From an uncultured delta proteobacterium (GTDB taxonomy: Bacteria; Myxococcota_A; Polyangia; Polyangiales; Polyangiaceae), in contig CAWAIF010000003.1 in assembly GCA_963782055.1 (NCBI GenBank), positions 4,384,001 through 4,448,000 on the forward strand: 64,000 nucleotides of DNA. Direction: 5' to 3'. Under the pieces are notes generated by a model, which did not search any database, was not told the origin of the DNA, and worked only from the letters and a program-made list of their open reading frames with translations. Of this stretch, positions 10,262 to 21,027 are shown piece after piece. Each line of letters begins with the position of its first letter. Positions within the stretch are counted from its first letter, which is position 1. A program made the translations under genes and the position numbers.

Positions 10262-11091
10262 CCGCTGCCCTTGAGGAGCATCTGCAGCGCCACGCCGACG
10301 AGCACCACGGCGAGCACGTAGCGCAGTGCCTTGGGGTGCACGCGCTGGGCGAGGCGGGTGCCCGCGAGCGAACCGACGATGACGCCCAGCACCACCGGCG
10401 CGGCGATGGTCGGGTGCACGTAGCCGCGGGCGAAGTACACGACCAGGCTCGCCACCGCCGTCACGCCGATCATGAAGTTGCTGGTGGCCGCGGCGACGCG
10501 GATGGGCACGCGCATGCCCAGGTTCATCGCGGGGACCTTGAGGAACCCGCCGCCCACGCCGAGCATGCCGGAGACCGCGCCGGCCAGGAGCGCGATGGAG
10601 CTCCCGATGGCGAGGCGCTCGGCGCGGTAGTGCACGAGCTGCCCCTCCCGCTGGTCGAAGTAGGCGCCGGCCAGGGCGCCGCGCTCCTCGTAGCCGTGGG
10701 CGGTGGTGGCGCCGCCGCCCGCCGCCTTCTTCTTCGCCGAGTCGCGCCCGGCGATCATGAGCACCGACGTGACGATGAGCATCAGGCCGAAGGCCACCTG
10801 GAGCGCCGAGACCGGGATGAGCACCGCGACCAGGCCGCCGGTGATGCCGCCCAGGGTGGTGGTGACCTCCAGCGCCATCCCCAGGCGCATGTTGGTGAGG
10901 CCCGAGCCTACGTAGACACCGCCGGCGGCGGTGGAGGTGGCGATGACCGAGACGAGCGACGTCGCCACCGCGATGCGCACGTCGATGCCGAACGCCAGCG
11001 AGAGCACCGGCACCAGGATGACGCCGCCGCCGATGCCGACGAGCGCACCGAGCACGCCCGCGAACACGCCCACGAGGGCGAGGAGCAGCAT
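10249..11091 (-). CDS. Sulfite exporter TauE/SafE family
   Basis: GIGGGVILVP, GVGGGFLKVP, ATSNFMIG. Confidence 0.88.
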   Translation of the reverse strand: MLLLALVGVFAGVLGALVGIGGGVILVPVLSLAFGIDVRIAVATSLVSVIATSTAAGGVYVGSGLTNMRLGMALEVTTTLGGITGGLVAVLIPVSALQVAFGLMLIVTSVLMIAGRDSAKKKAAGGGATTAHGYEERGALAGAYFDQREGQLVHYRAERLAIGSSIALLAGAVSGMLGVGGGFLKVPAMNLGMRVPIRVAAATSNFMIGVTAVASLVVYFARGYVHPTIAAPVVLGVIVGSLAGTRLAQRVHPKALRYVLAVVLVGVALQMLLKGSGWMR

Positions 11092-11278
11092 GGTGGTGAG
11101 CGACAGCGTCAGGGGACCCGCCTCCGGCTCATGAGTGCCTCCTTCCTATCAGCTTCGCGGCCGTGGTGCGACGATTCCTCCCGCCGCCGAGCCGGGACGC
11201 GGCCGCTCCGCAGGACGGGCAAAGCATGCGTGGGTGAGATGCATCTCGTCGCCGGAGCGGTTCGCTTCCGCCCGACCG

Positions 11279-12913
11279 CTACAGGCACTCCGGCTTGGGG
11301 ATCCGCATACCCTGCGCGTCGAGGACGTACGGCGGATTGCAGTGGCCGGTCGGCTTCACGGCGTGATGCGTGGTGGTCTTGACCACCGGCTTGGGCGCGG
11401 TCGCGGTCGCGGTGACCGGCGGCGTGACGGTCGCCTTCGCGGTGGCCGGCGGAGGCGACGTCTCCGCGGCGGTGACCGGCGGCGCTGCGACGGCCGGGGC
11501 GGTGCCCGTGAGCGGCGGCGCCGCGGCGGTGTGCGCCGGCAGCTCCACCGCACGGGTCGTGGGGGTCGGCGGCGGGGGCGCCGTGGCCACCGGGGCGGAC
11601 GTCGCGGGCACCACCGGCGGCGACGACGCCACGCTGCGGTGCCTGGCCAGCACGACGTAGCCCGCCGTGCCGGCCACCAGCATGAACGCGCCCACCAGGA
11701 CGGCGCCGATCCAGATGGGGACGGGGGTCCGCAGGCCCGGCGGCGACGCCACGCTGAAGTCGGTCACCTGCGAGGTGGGGGCGGGCAGCGGTCCGGAGGA
11801 CGGCGGCGGCGGCGCGGGAGGGAGGGAGTACGCGCGCGCCGTCGTGGGCGCCTCCGATGCGTCCTCTGCTTCCTCCGCCACCTCCATGGCCTGGGAGGCA
11901 CGGGCCACCAGAGCCGCGGAGATGGCGGGCGTCTTGCTCTCCATCTCCGCCACGCTCGCCTCCCGCTTCAGGAAGGACTTCCCCGCGAGCTGGCGCACCA
12001 GCTCCGCCACCTGACCGGGCGTGGCGTACGCCACGCGCTGCGCGTGCTCCGCCATCTCCCACGCCGTGGCGAAGCGCTGGTCGGGATCCTTCGCCAGGCC
12101 GCGCATCACCAGCGCGTCCACCTCCGGCGGGAGACCGGGCACGTGGACGCTCGGCGGGTCCACCTTCGCCTGGACGATCCGCTGCAGCGTGCGCACCTCG
12201 TTGCCGGCGTCGAAGAGGCGGCGGCCGACGAGCATCTCCCACAGCACGACCGACGCGGCGTACACGTCGCTCCGCCCGTCGATGGTATCGACGCTGATCT
12301 GCTCCGGCGACATGTAGGCGATCTTGCCCTTGAGCGTGCCGTCCTGCGTCGTCTGGAGCCGGCCGACCGCCTTCGCCACGCCGAAGTCCACGACGCGCGC
12401 GACGCCGTCGATACCCACCAGCACGTTCTGCGGCGACACGTCGCGGTGGACGATGTGCAGCGGCCGCCCGTGGTCGTCCTTCGCCTCGTGCGCGGAGTGC
12501 AGTCCGTACAGGACGTTGGCGATGATGCTCATCGCGTGCGGCACCGGGATGCCCCCGCCCGTCGCCGCCCGCGAGGCGCGCATGAGGCGCGAGAGCGACT
12601 CGCCGTGCACGTAGTCCATCACCACGAAGAGCTCACCCTTGAGCACCACCACGTCGAGGGTGGACACCACGTTGGGGTGGCGGATGCGCGCCGCCACGCG
12701 CGCCTCGTCCAGGAACATCGCGACGAACTCGGGGTCCCTCGCGAAGTGGGGGTGCAGCCGCTTGATGGCCACCGTCCGCGCGAAGCCGACGGGCCCCATC
12801 AGGCGTCCCAGGTGCACCGTCGCCATGCCGCCGGAGGCGATGGCGTCGCAGAGCATGTAGCGCCCGACAATCCGCCCGTCCTGGATGCCGTCGGGGTCCA
12901 TCGTCGGGCTCAT
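11279..12913 (-). CDS. Membrane-anchored Hanks-type Ser/Thr protein kinase
   Basis: GGMATV, VAIK, HRDVSPQN, DFG, YMSPEQ; TM helix and Pro/Thr-rich tail. Confidence 0.92.
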   Translation of the reverse strand: MSPTMDPDGIQDGRIVGRYMLCDAIASGGMATVHLGRLMGPVGFARTVAIKRLHPHFARDPEFVAMFLDEARVAARIRHPNVVSTLDVVVLKGELFVVMDYVHGESLSRLMRASRAATGGGIPVPHAMSIIANVLYGLHSAHEAKDDHGRPLHIVHRDVSPQNVLVGIDGVARVVDFGVAKAVGRLQTTQDGTLKGKIAYMSPEQISVDTIDGRSDVYAASVVLWEMLVGRRLFDAGNEVRTLQRIVQAKVDPPSVHVPGLPPEVDALVMRGLAKDPDQRFATAWEMAEHAQRVAYATPGQVAELVRQLAGKSFLKREASVAEMESKTPAISAALVARASQAMEVAEEAEDASEAPTTARAYSLPPAPPPPSSGPLPAPTSQVTDFSVASPPGLRTPVPIWIGAVLVGAFMLVAGTAGYVVLARHRSVASSPPVVPATSAPVATAPPPPTPTTRAVELPAHTAAAPPLTGTAPAVAAPPVTAAETSPPPATAKATVTPPVTATATAPKPVVKTTTHHAVKPTGHCNPPYVLDAQGMRIPKPECL

Positions 12914-13123
12914 CGCCGCCCTGGCCCGTCCGGCCTCACCACGCGCTCACGCCGGTGACCATCGAGTGCAGGCCCACGCTGCCGCAGCAGGCACCGACCG
13001 ACCCGGCCAGCGCGATGACCTTCCTTACCCGCACCTTGCAAGGGTCGCACGGAGGGGGGCGCCGCACAAGCCGACCCCGTCGCGCCGGGCGTGCGTTTGG
13101 GATAGTCTCGGAGCACGCTCGCG

Positions 13124-16100
13124 ATGGTCCCCGCCCCGCTCACCGACGCGCTCCGGACGCTCGCCACTGCCGCGGCGACACCCGAGCAGGAAGCGGAGCT
13201 GCGCCGCCGCTGGGGGCCGGGCGCGAGGACCGGCGAGCCTCTCGCCGCGCTCCCGGACGACGTGCGCGCCGCCGCCAATCTCGCGGGCGCGGAGCTCCCG
13301 GCGCTGACGCGGACCGACGACACGCTGGCGGCGCTCGCCGCGCTGGTGAGCGGGCCGGAGGGCGCGGCCCTCCTCGCGTGGTGTGGGTCGAGCACCTGGC
13401 GCCGCGACGTGACGATGGCGCCGCTCCTGAAGGCCGCCGCCAAACAGGAGGCCCTCGCCGCGGGCGGGGTCGCCGCGGCGCGCGCCCGGGTGGTGCTGGG
13501 GCCGCTGGCCGACGCGCTCGCGTGCGCCCCGCTGCTGGGCGACGGCGCCGCCCTGGCCGCCCCGGAGAACGCGGAGGCCCGCGCGCGCCTGGAGATCCTG
13601 GTGTGGGAGGCGGGCTCGAGCGCCCTGGAGGTGCCCGACCTGGGGCCGTGGCTCTGGGGATCGCGGTCGACCTTCGAGGTGATGATCCACCAGCCGGCGC
13701 GCGGCAGCCTGCGCGGCCGGGTGCTCGCCGCGCGGTGCCTCGAGGTGAGCGTCGGCGCGATGCCGGCGACGACCGACCCGGAGCTCATCGGCCTGACGCT
13801 CCAGGTGCTGCAGCCGCTGCTGCTGCACCCCGAGCCGCTCGTCTGGGTGCACGCCGCGCGCGCGCTCGGTCGGCTCACCGGCGCCTTCGAGCAGATGGAG
13901 GGCACCCTGCTCGACTGGGTGCTCGGCGAGTCCACGCTGCTCCGCCAGCGGGCGATGACCGCCTTCGCGTCGCTGCCGGCGCGACGCCTCAAGCTGCTCG
14001 CGCCGCACCTGCTCGCCGTCATCCGCTCGCAAGAAGAGGAGCCGTGGGTGCTGGCGGCGGTCGCCGCGGCCACGCCCTACCTCTTCTTCGAGCGGCGGGA
14101 CATCTGGGATCGCCTCGCCGCGCGCATCCTCGACGGCGACGGCGGCGCGATCACCGCGCGCGCGCTGGCCAAGGGGCTCGCCTCGCTCTGGCGGCGCGGC
14201 CTGCAGCAGCCGGACGTGGAGAGCCCGCTCCGCGCCCTTCGCGAGATGGCGCGCCGCGCCCCCGACAACTCGCTCGACGAGCTGCGCCGCTGGATCGAGG
14301 TGACGGCGGTGACCGACGCCATCGACGGCGCCGAGCGCGATCCGCTCGACCTGGAGCTCGGCCTGGAGAACCTGGTGCGCGTGGCCGCGCAGTACGACGA
14401 CGAGGAGGCGGACGCCCGCTCGGCGCGCTTCGCCGGGTCGCTCGCCTCCGCGTTCCAGGAAGCGCGGCGGATGGCCGTCGGCACCGGCAGGCTGCGGCAG
14501 CGCGCCGCCGCCATCAACGCGCTGGAGGGGTGCGCGCGCGCCTTCGCCCTGCGCCTGTGGGCCCCGCTGCTGGCGACCCGCCCGGTGGGCACGCCAATCG
14601 AGGAGCCGGACCTGGCGGACACGTGGAAGATGCTCGCCAGCGCGCCGGCGGAGCTGCTCGATCTGGTCAAGGAGCGGCGGCAGCTCGCGGCGGGCGACAT
14701 GGAGCTCGACCTCCCGCTGGAGGTGCTGGCCATCCGCCTCGGCGGCTACGCCCTCGACGCGTGCGGGGAGGACGACGCCCTCGGGCCCGGCCGCGGCCCG
14801 ACGGCGCACGAGACCTGCCTCTGGCTGCGCAAGGTGGAGGGCCTGGCCGACGGCTCGCGCGAGCCGCCGCCGCCCCTCAAGAGCGCGCTCTCCAGCCTCT
14901 TCTGGCGCCTTGTCGACACCACGCAGGGCACCGCGCTCGGGGAGGTGGACGACGTGCGCTGGCTCGGCCCCTTCGCCGCCTGGTGGGCGCTGGTGATCGA
15001 CCGTCCGGCGATGCTCCTGCAGCTCGCCACCGCGCTGCCCATGCTCCTTCCGGAGGCGCTCTCCCTCTGCTGCGAGCGCGCGGAGGCGCTGCGCACCGCG
15101 GTCTCCTCGAGCGAGGGCGAGGGCAAGTGGGGGCCGGCCGCGACCGAGGCGCTCGTGTCGCTCCACGCCGGCGACTGCGAGCTCGCGCACTCTCTCGCCG
15201 CCCTCTCGCGCGCGCTCCAGGCGTTCGGCGCGGCGGGCGGCAACCGCCCCAACCTGGACGGCCTCTGTCTGGACCTGGTGCTCGCCGCCAACCGCCTCCA
15301 CGGCGCGCTCGCCAACCCGGTCAAGGCGCTGCATCCCACGCCGGACAACGGCGACGACGACTCCCTCGCCCGCGCCGAGACGGAGAACGCGCCGCGCGTG
15401 GCGGCCCTCGTCGCGCGATCCATCCGCGCGCGCGACACCACGATGCTGGACGTCTGGTTCGCCTCGCTCGGCCCGGTCACCTCCGCTCTGCTGGAGGCCG
15501 CCGTCTCCGGCGCGATCCGCCGCACGCCGCCCCCCCCGCCGGCGCCCAAGAAGGCCGAGCCCAAGGTCATCGAGGGCTACGAGCTGGTGAAGCCCATCGG
15601 CGAGGGCGGCATCGGCTCGGTGTGGCTGGTGCGCAAGCCCGGCGCCGACCGCCTCTTCGTCCTGAAGATCCCCAAGGCGGAGGCGCTGACCACCGCCACG
15701 CCGACCGAGCGCGACGGCATCCTCGCCTCCTTCATCGAGGAGGCCAAGGCGCTGGCCGGCCTCTATCACCCCAACGTCGCCAACATCATCGACCGCGGCG
15801 TCTCCAGCGGCGTGCCCTTCCTGGTGCTCGAGTACCTGATCGGCGCCGACCTCAAGCAGTACTCCGACGCGCGCCGCATGACCCTCTTCGAGCTGCGCCA
15901 GGTGGTGCAGGAGGCATGCGCCGGCCTCTCCGCGCTGCACGGCGCCGGCCTGGTGCACCGCGACATCAAGCCGGCCAACATCTGGCTGCGCCTCCCGCTC
16001 CGCGGCGGGGAGAGGTTCGACCCGGCGAAGCACCGCGATCCGGCGCGCGCGCAGCCCCTCGCCGCGGTGGTCATCGACTTCGGCATGGTGCGCGCCATCC

Positions 16101-16441
16101 GCGTGCCGCAGGAGAGCAGCGGGCGCTTCGTCGCGGGCACCGCCGGGTACATCGCGCCGGAGCAGGTGCTCGACCCGGTGGAGCTGGACGGGCGCGCCAA
16201 CCTCTACTCTCTCGCCGGCACCATCTACAACGTGACCACCGGACGCGCCTTCTTCGATGAGATCGAGAGCCCGCGCGATCGCATCATCGCCCACATGCGC
16301 CGCGATCCCTTCGAGGACATGGGCCGGCTACGCGTCTTCCCCCAGGCCGTGGCCAGGATGCTGCGTGCGGCGACGGTGAAGAACCCGCTCGACCGCCCCA
16401 CACCGATGGAGTTCGGCCGGGAGTTCGCCGCCGCGATCTGA
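13124..16441 (+). CDS. Large protein with helical N-terminal region and C-terminal Ser/Thr kinase
   Basis: GEGGIG, HRDIKPAN, DFG, YIAPEQ in the last ~290 aa of 1105 aa. Confidence 0.85.
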   Translation: MVPAPLTDALRTLATAAATPEQEAELRRRWGPGARTGEPLAALPDDVRAAANLAGAELPALTRTDDTLAALAALVSGPEGAALLAWCGSSTWRRDVTMAPLLKAAAKQEALAAGGVAAARARVVLGPLADALACAPLLGDGAALAAPENAEARARLEILVWEAGSSALEVPDLGPWLWGSRSTFEVMIHQPARGSLRGRVLAARCLEVSVGAMPATTDPELIGLTLQVLQPLLLHPEPLVWVHAARALGRLTGAFEQMEGTLLDWVLGESTLLRQRAMTAFASLPARRLKLLAPHLLAVIRSQEEEPWVLAAVAAATPYLFFERRDIWDRLAARILDGDGGAITARALAKGLASLWRRGLQQPDVESPLRALREMARRAPDNSLDELRRWIEVTAVTDAIDGAERDPLDLELGLENLVRVAAQYDDEEADARSARFAGSLASAFQEARRMAVGTGRLRQRAAAINALEGCARAFALRLWAPLLATRPVGTPIEEPDLADTWKMLASAPAELLDLVKERRQLAAGDMELDLPLEVLAIRLGGYALDACGEDDALGPGRGPTAHETCLWLRKVEGLADGSREPPPPLKSALSSLFWRLVDTTQGTALGEVDDVRWLGPFAAWWALVIDRPAMLLQLATALPMLLPEALSLCCERAEALRTAVSSSEGEGKWGPAATEALVSLHAGDCELAHSLAALSRALQAFGAAGGNRPNLDGLCLDLVLAANRLHGALANPVKALHPTPDNGDDDSLARAETENAPRVAALVARSIRARDTTMLDVWFASLGPVTSALLEAAVSGAIRRTPPPPPAPKKAEPKVIEGYELVKPIGEGGIGSVWLVRKPGADRLFVLKIPKAEALTTATPTERDGILASFIEEAKALAGLYHPNVANIIDRGVSSGVPFLVLEYLIGADLKQYSDARRMTLFELRQVVQEACAGLSALHGAGLVHRDIKPANIWLRLPLRGGERFDPAKHRDPARAQPLAAVVIDFGMVRAIRVPQESSGRFVAGTAGYIAPEQVLDPVELDGRANLYSLAGTIYNVTTGRAFFDEIESPRDRIIAHMRRDPFEDMGRLRVFPQAVARMLRAATVKNPLDRPTPMEFGREFAAAI

Positions 16442-16573
16442 AGCGGCATCGCCTCGTCGCCGGCGCGCTCGTCGGGATCCTCCCGCCCGGGGTGTGCCAC
16501 GCATGGCACACCGGCCTTCGCGGAAATTCCGGCGTTTCTCCCTGGTACGCCTCCTGCTCTGTCACCGGGCGAG

Positions 16574-18718
16574 GTGATGACCATGTTCACGCGTTTCGCC
16601 TGGGTGATGGGGCTGGGGGTAGCAGCGGCGGTGGCGAGCGGCTGCAGCGGCGGCGGGGGCGATCTCGGCGCGATGCAGTCGGCGGTGCTCACGCGCGCCT
16701 CCAGCTGCCAGGACCTGCAGGCGGCGCTGCGCGCCGACGCCCGGGCGAAGGTCAACGCGTACTTCGACGGCCAGGAGTACTGGCTGCAGCACCGGAGCAG
16801 CGGCGGCCTCTTCGGTGGAGGCGTGGACGTGGCCAACGCCGGGGCGGCGCCCCCCAAGTCGAGCGACACCGCGACCGACTACTCGCAGACCAACACGCAG
16901 GTGGCGGGCGTCGACGAGGCGGACATCGTCAAGAACGACGGCAAGTACATCTACGACCTGCACGGCAGCTCCTTCAAGGTCATCCAGGCCTTCCCGGCCG
17001 ACCAGCTCCAGTCGACGAGCAGCGTCGGCATCGAGGGCTACCCGAGCGAGATGTTCGTCGACTCCGGGCGCGCGGTGATCTTCTCCAGCGTCCCGGCGAG
17101 CCCGGTGTTCGCGGCGGCGGGCGTCCCGCGCAAGACGCCCTACGGCTACTGGGGCGCGGGCTGGTGGGGCGGCGCGTGGGGGGCGCCCGCCTGCCTGGGC
17201 TGGAGCTGCGGCACGTACATCTCCGACCCGGTGACCAAGGTGACGGTCCTGTCGCTCGCCGACGTCGCCAACCCCCAGGTCGTGCGCGAGATGTACTTCG
17301 AGGGCAGCTACCTCTCCTCCCGCCGCATCGGCTCGCACGTGCGCGCGGTGCTCACCGGCGACGCACACTTCCCGGAGCTCCAGTACTACCCGCAGGACTA
17401 CACCGGGGACTGGAGCGACACGAGCGCCCTGGTGAACGCCTACGAGAAGCTGCGCGCCAAGGACCTGGCCACCATCGACGCGATGACCGCCGCCGACTGG
17501 CTGCCCTTCGCCTTCGAGAAGACGGGCGGGAAGACCACCGGACGGCAGATGGCCTGCCAGGACTACTACACCACCACCGCCGGCTCGACGGAGTACGGCC
17601 TCACGCAGGTGGTCAGCTTCAATCTGGACCAGCCGGCGCAGGCGCCCGGCGACATCGGCATCGAGGGCTCGGCCGACACGCTCTACTCCAGCGCCGACAC
17701 CATGGTGCTCGCCTCCCGCGGGTGGCGCAGCAACTGGTGGTGGGACTACGACCAGCTCCCGGTCGGCTTCTCCTTCACGTACACGCACCTGCACGCCTTC
17801 GACATCGCGAGCGACCCCGAGCACCCGACATACCTGGGCTCCGGCACCCTGCCCGGCATGATCAAGGACCAGTTCTCCCTCGACGAGAAGGGCGGCGTGA
17901 TCCGCGTCGCCACGACCGAGGCGCGCGCCGAGCACGTGGCGACGCACGGCGGGCACATGGGCTTCGTCAGCATCGCCCACGTCTTCACCATGGGCGCGAA
18001 GGACGGGCGGCTGGTGCAGCTCGGCAGCGCGGGAGACATCGCCGACAACGAGCAGATCATGTCGACGCGCTTCGTGGGCGACCACGCGTACGTGGTGACC
18101 TATCGCTCCGTCGACCCGCTCTTCGTCGTGGACACGAGCAACGCGGCGGACCCGAAGCTCGTCGGCTCGCTGAGCATCCCCGGCTTCTCCGAGTACATGC
18201 AGCCCATCGACGACACGCACCTCCTCACCATCGGCAAGGACGGCGGCAGCAGCGGCGCGTGGAGCGGCAACCTGGCCCTGCAGCTGTTCGACGTGTCCAA
18301 CCCCACCGCGCCGGCGCTGGTCTCCAAGTACAGCTTCGCCGGGCAGTGGGGCTACTCCGAGGCGGAGTACCAGCACAAGGCGTTCACCTGGTACCCGCAG
18401 CGCGGCCTGCTGAGCTTCCCCTACTGGACCTACGACCCGAGCTACACGACGATGCACTCCACCGCCGAGCTCTTCAAGGTGGACCTCAAGGGCGGCATCT
18501 CCCACGTCGGCTCGGTGGACCACACGCCGCTCTTCGGCAGCGCCACCAAGGGCTACTGCGGCGGCTACATGACCCCCATGGTTCGCCGCAGCGTCTTCAT
18601 GGACGACGACATGTACTCCGTCTCCTACGGCGGCGTCGTCGCGACCAACACGCTGGACATGTCGCAGGTGAAGACGCTCTCGCTGGGCGCCCCGGTGCTG
18701 GACGGCTACTGCTACTGA
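16574..18718 (+). CDS. Secreted beta-propeller domain lipoprotein
   Basis: Lipobox ASGC; YSQTNTQVAGVDEADIVKNDG, DPLFVVD, IPGFSEY. Confidence 0.85.
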   Translation: MMTMFTRFAWVMGLGVAAAVASGCSGGGGDLGAMQSAVLTRASSCQDLQAALRADARAKVNAYFDGQEYWLQHRSSGGLFGGGVDVANAGAAPPKSSDTATDYSQTNTQVAGVDEADIVKNDGKYIYDLHGSSFKVIQAFPADQLQSTSSVGIEGYPSEMFVDSGRAVIFSSVPASPVFAAAGVPRKTPYGYWGAGWWGGAWGAPACLGWSCGTYISDPVTKVTVLSLADVANPQVVREMYFEGSYLSSRRIGSHVRAVLTGDAHFPELQYYPQDYTGDWSDTSALVNAYEKLRAKDLATIDAMTAADWLPFAFEKTGGKTTGRQMACQDYYTTTAGSTEYGLTQVVSFNLDQPAQAPGDIGIEGSADTLYSSADTMVLASRGWRSNWWWDYDQLPVGFSFTYTHLHAFDIASDPEHPTYLGSGTLPGMIKDQFSLDEKGGVIRVATTEARAEHVATHGGHMGFVSIAHVFTMGAKDGRLVQLGSAGDIADNEQIMSTRFVGDHAYVVTYRSVDPLFVVDTSNAADPKLVGSLSIPGFSEYMQPIDDTHLLTIGKDGGSSGAWSGNLALQLFDVSNPTAPALVSKYSFAGQWGYSEAEYQHKAFTWYPQRGLLSFPYWTYDPSYTTMHSTAELFKVDLKGGISHVGSVDHTPLFGSATKGYCGGYMTPMVRRSVFMDDDMYSVSYGGVVATNTLDMSQVKTLSLGAPVLDGYCY

Positions 18719-18755
18719 GCGACGCCGGCGGGACGGGCGGGAGGCCCTCCCCTTC

Positions 18756-19523
18756 TCAGGGCGACTTGGTCGCGGGGTGCTGCGGCTTGCACTTCTGCAC
18801 CGCGGGGACCTTGTCGAGCGACACCAGGTTGGCGGTGATCTCCTCCGGCGTGTATTTGCCGCGGATGGCCTTCCACACGCACTCGCACGTCGGCTTGTGG
18901 TCCGGCTTGTCCTGCACGCAGAGGCCCATGAAGTCCGCCTTCGCGATGGCCTCGGGGAGCTTGCCCTTGCAGGCGTGCACCATCGACTTCTTCGCGTCGT
19001 CGAAGCGGGGGCCCTTGAAGTCGCCGACGAAGTCGACCAACTGCAGCTTCTTGCGGAGGTTGGTCCACGCGCAATCGCAGTAGGGGGCCTTCGCCGTCTG
19101 ATCGCCCGCGCAGCCCTTGAGGAAGTTGTCCTTGATCACCGGCTCCGGGAGCTTGCTCCCGCAGGCCTGCACCGTGCGCGTCTTGAGCAGCTCCAGCTTC
19201 TCCGGCGGCGGCCGCTGGCTGAGGTCGGTGTCCTTGAAGATGTCGGCGAACTGCTCGAAGCCGCAGGCGCAGTACTCCTGAGCGTGCGTCTGCTTGACGC
19301 AGCCGGCCATGAAGGGCACGCGCTGCGACTCCATCGTCGGCTTGGGGGGCGGCGTCTCGCTGCTGGCCGAGCTGGTGCCGGACGCCGAGGGCGCGGGCGG
19401 CAACGGCGTGGCTGCGGTCTCGGAGGCGGCGGGGGTGGCGGGCGCGGGGGTGGGGCTGCCTCCGCAGGCGGCGGCGACGGCGGCCAGCGTGACGACCAGG
19501 ACCGGAAGGGTGGTGGGGCGCAT
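18756..19523 (-). CDS. Lipoprotein with repeated Cys motifs
   Basis: Lipobox AAAC; three FxxxC...CxC repeats. Confidence 0.7.
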   Translation of the reverse strand: MRPTTLPVLVVTLAAVAAACGGSPTPAPATPAASETAATPLPPAPSASGTSSASSETPPPKPTMESQRVPFMAGCVKQTHAQEYCACGFEQFADIFKDTDLSQRPPPEKLELLKTRTVQACGSKLPEPVIKDNFLKGCAGDQTAKAPYCDCAWTNLRKKLQLVDFVGDFKGPRFDDAKKSMVHACKGKLPEAIAKADFMGLCVQDKPDHKPTCECVWKAIRGKYTPEEITANLVSLDKVPAVQKCKPQHPATKSP

Positions 19524-19552
19524 GCGCCCGCGTACACCGGAGCGGGGCGCGC

Positions 19553-20263
19553 GTGAAGGGGAGATCGCCGGGCTGGAAGAGCTGCGCTAGGATGGCGGGC
19601 GTGGGGCACCGGCAGCGCGGGCATGGAGGAGCGGTCGTGGCAGGGGGGCAGCCCCCGAGGGCCCGGCACGCCCGGCCACGGACCCTGCTCGCCGGCGCGG
19701 TGCTCCTCGCCGCGTCCCTCGTCGCGACGACGGGCGCGGGCGCACCCGCCACCGTCCACGTGCCCCTCGTGTGCTCGCGCGGGAGCAACGGCGGCAGCTA
19801 CGACGCGGTGGTGACCGTCCCCTTCTCCGCGCCGACGGGCAGCACCTACACGGTGCGGATCGAGGCGCTCCCCTCCCCCAAGATCTCCCACACCGGCCTG
19901 CACTACATCTACGACTGGCAGGCGGACTGGCTGCTCCCCCAGGGCGCCGAGTACGTCGAGGGCTCCGCCCACGTGGTGCCCAACACCGGATCGCAGAACG
20001 TCCGCGACACCGCCCGCGTCTGGCACGACACCCGCGGCGTGCACCTCATCCTGCCCGGGCACGTGCAGAACGGCGGCAGCTACACCCCGCCGGTCGTGGA
20101 GTTCAAGCTCAAGGCGCTCGCCACCGCGGGCAAGGTCCTGGAGGTGAAGCTCGACCGGACGCAGGTGAAGGCCAACGTCTTCTTGCTCGGCGATCTCACC
20201 ACCACGTGCGATCCCGCCCCGCGCCCGCGCACCATCGGGATGACCGGCGTGGTGGCGCCCTGA
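19553..20263 (+). CDS. Secreted hypothetical protein (start uncertain)
   Basis: Signal-like hydrophobic stretch, beta-rich body, GC3-biased codons. Confidence 0.55.
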   Translation: MKGRSPGWKSCARMAGVGHRQRGHGGAVVAGGQPPRARHARPRTLLAGAVLLAASLVATTGAGAPATVHVPLVCSRGSNGGSYDAVVTVPFSAPTGSTYTVRIEALPSPKISHTGLHYIYDWQADWLLPQGAEYVEGSAHVVPNTGSQNVRDTARVWHDTRGVHLILPGHVQNGGSYTPPVVEFKLKALATAGKVLEVKLDRTQVKANVFLLGDLTTTCDPAPRPRTIGMTGVVAP

Positions 20264-20267
20264 TCAG

Positions 20268-20924
20268 TCACCCTCCGGGCGCGGGCACGCGGGGGGCGCG
20301 CCGCACGACGAGGGCGACGAGACCGCTCAGGACAGCCGCGAAGAAGCACCAGACGGAGAGGAAGCCCGCGCGGTACAGGAGCCCCGTCGCCGCGAAGGCG
20401 ATCGCCACCGACGCCGCGAGCCACGAGGTCCCGCGCACCGAGGAGACCAGCAGCGGCGCGGCGACCAGCGCCAGGTAGACGAAGGGCGCGAGGTGCTTCG
20501 CCGGGACGTCGATCTGGACCCAGTAGTAGAGGTTGCCGTAGGCGATGCACGCATTGGAGGCGCGCAGGGTGGCGCACGCCATGAGGTACGCGCCGAGCGC
20601 GGCGCCAGCGGCCGCCAGCGCGAGGAGCGCGGTCCGGCGCGCCCGGACGCGCTCCACCAGCGCGAGCGCCGAGGGGACGTAGAGCGGCCACACGAAGAGC
20701 GCGAAGAAGAGGAAGGCGCGCGCCAGGGGCGTGCTCTCCACGTGGAAGGGCGCCGCATCGAGCGCGAGCCACACCGCGCCTTCGCACGCCTGCTGCCCGG
20801 CGAAGACCAGGGGGACCGCCGCGAGCCCCAGGTGCCGGCGGGTCGGCGCGCCACGGACCGACAGGGCGCCGATCGCGCCGAGCGCGGCCGCCGCGCCGAA
20901 GCTCGCCCGGGCGGAGAAGCACAC
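20268..20924 (-). CDS. DUF6629-like membrane protein
   Basis: GTG start MCFSARASF, QQACEGAVW, SVWCFFAA. Confidence 0.7.
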   Translation of the reverse strand: MCFSARASFGAAAALGAIGALSVRGAPTRRHLGLAAVPLVFAGQQACEGAVWLALDAAPFHVESTPLARAFLFFALFVWPLYVPSALALVERVRARRTALLALAAAGAALGAYLMACATLRASNACIAYGNLYYWVQIDVPAKHLAPFVYLALVAAPLLVSSVRGTSWLAASVAIAFAATGLLYRAGFLSVWCFFAAVLSGLVALVVRRAPRVPAPGG

Positions 20925-21027
20925 GGGCGGGAGGCTAGCAGATGCCCGCGCGCGGCGACGCCGGCCGGATCGGCGCCCCCATGCCCCGACATCACGCGCT
21001 TCCAGCGGCAACGCAGAAGGTGATAAG

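Noticed and set aside
12955..16294. Very long overlapping ORFs (1101 aa, 1089 aa) and similar Arg/Ala/Pro-rich ORFs throughout the window
   Set aside because: Shadow frames of real high-GC genes; no motifs
16491..16512. Palindrome GGTGTGCCA-CGCA-TGGCACACC as a sigma54 promoter or terminator
   Set aside because: No -12 GC at the correct spacing on the forward strand and no U-tract; function not supportable
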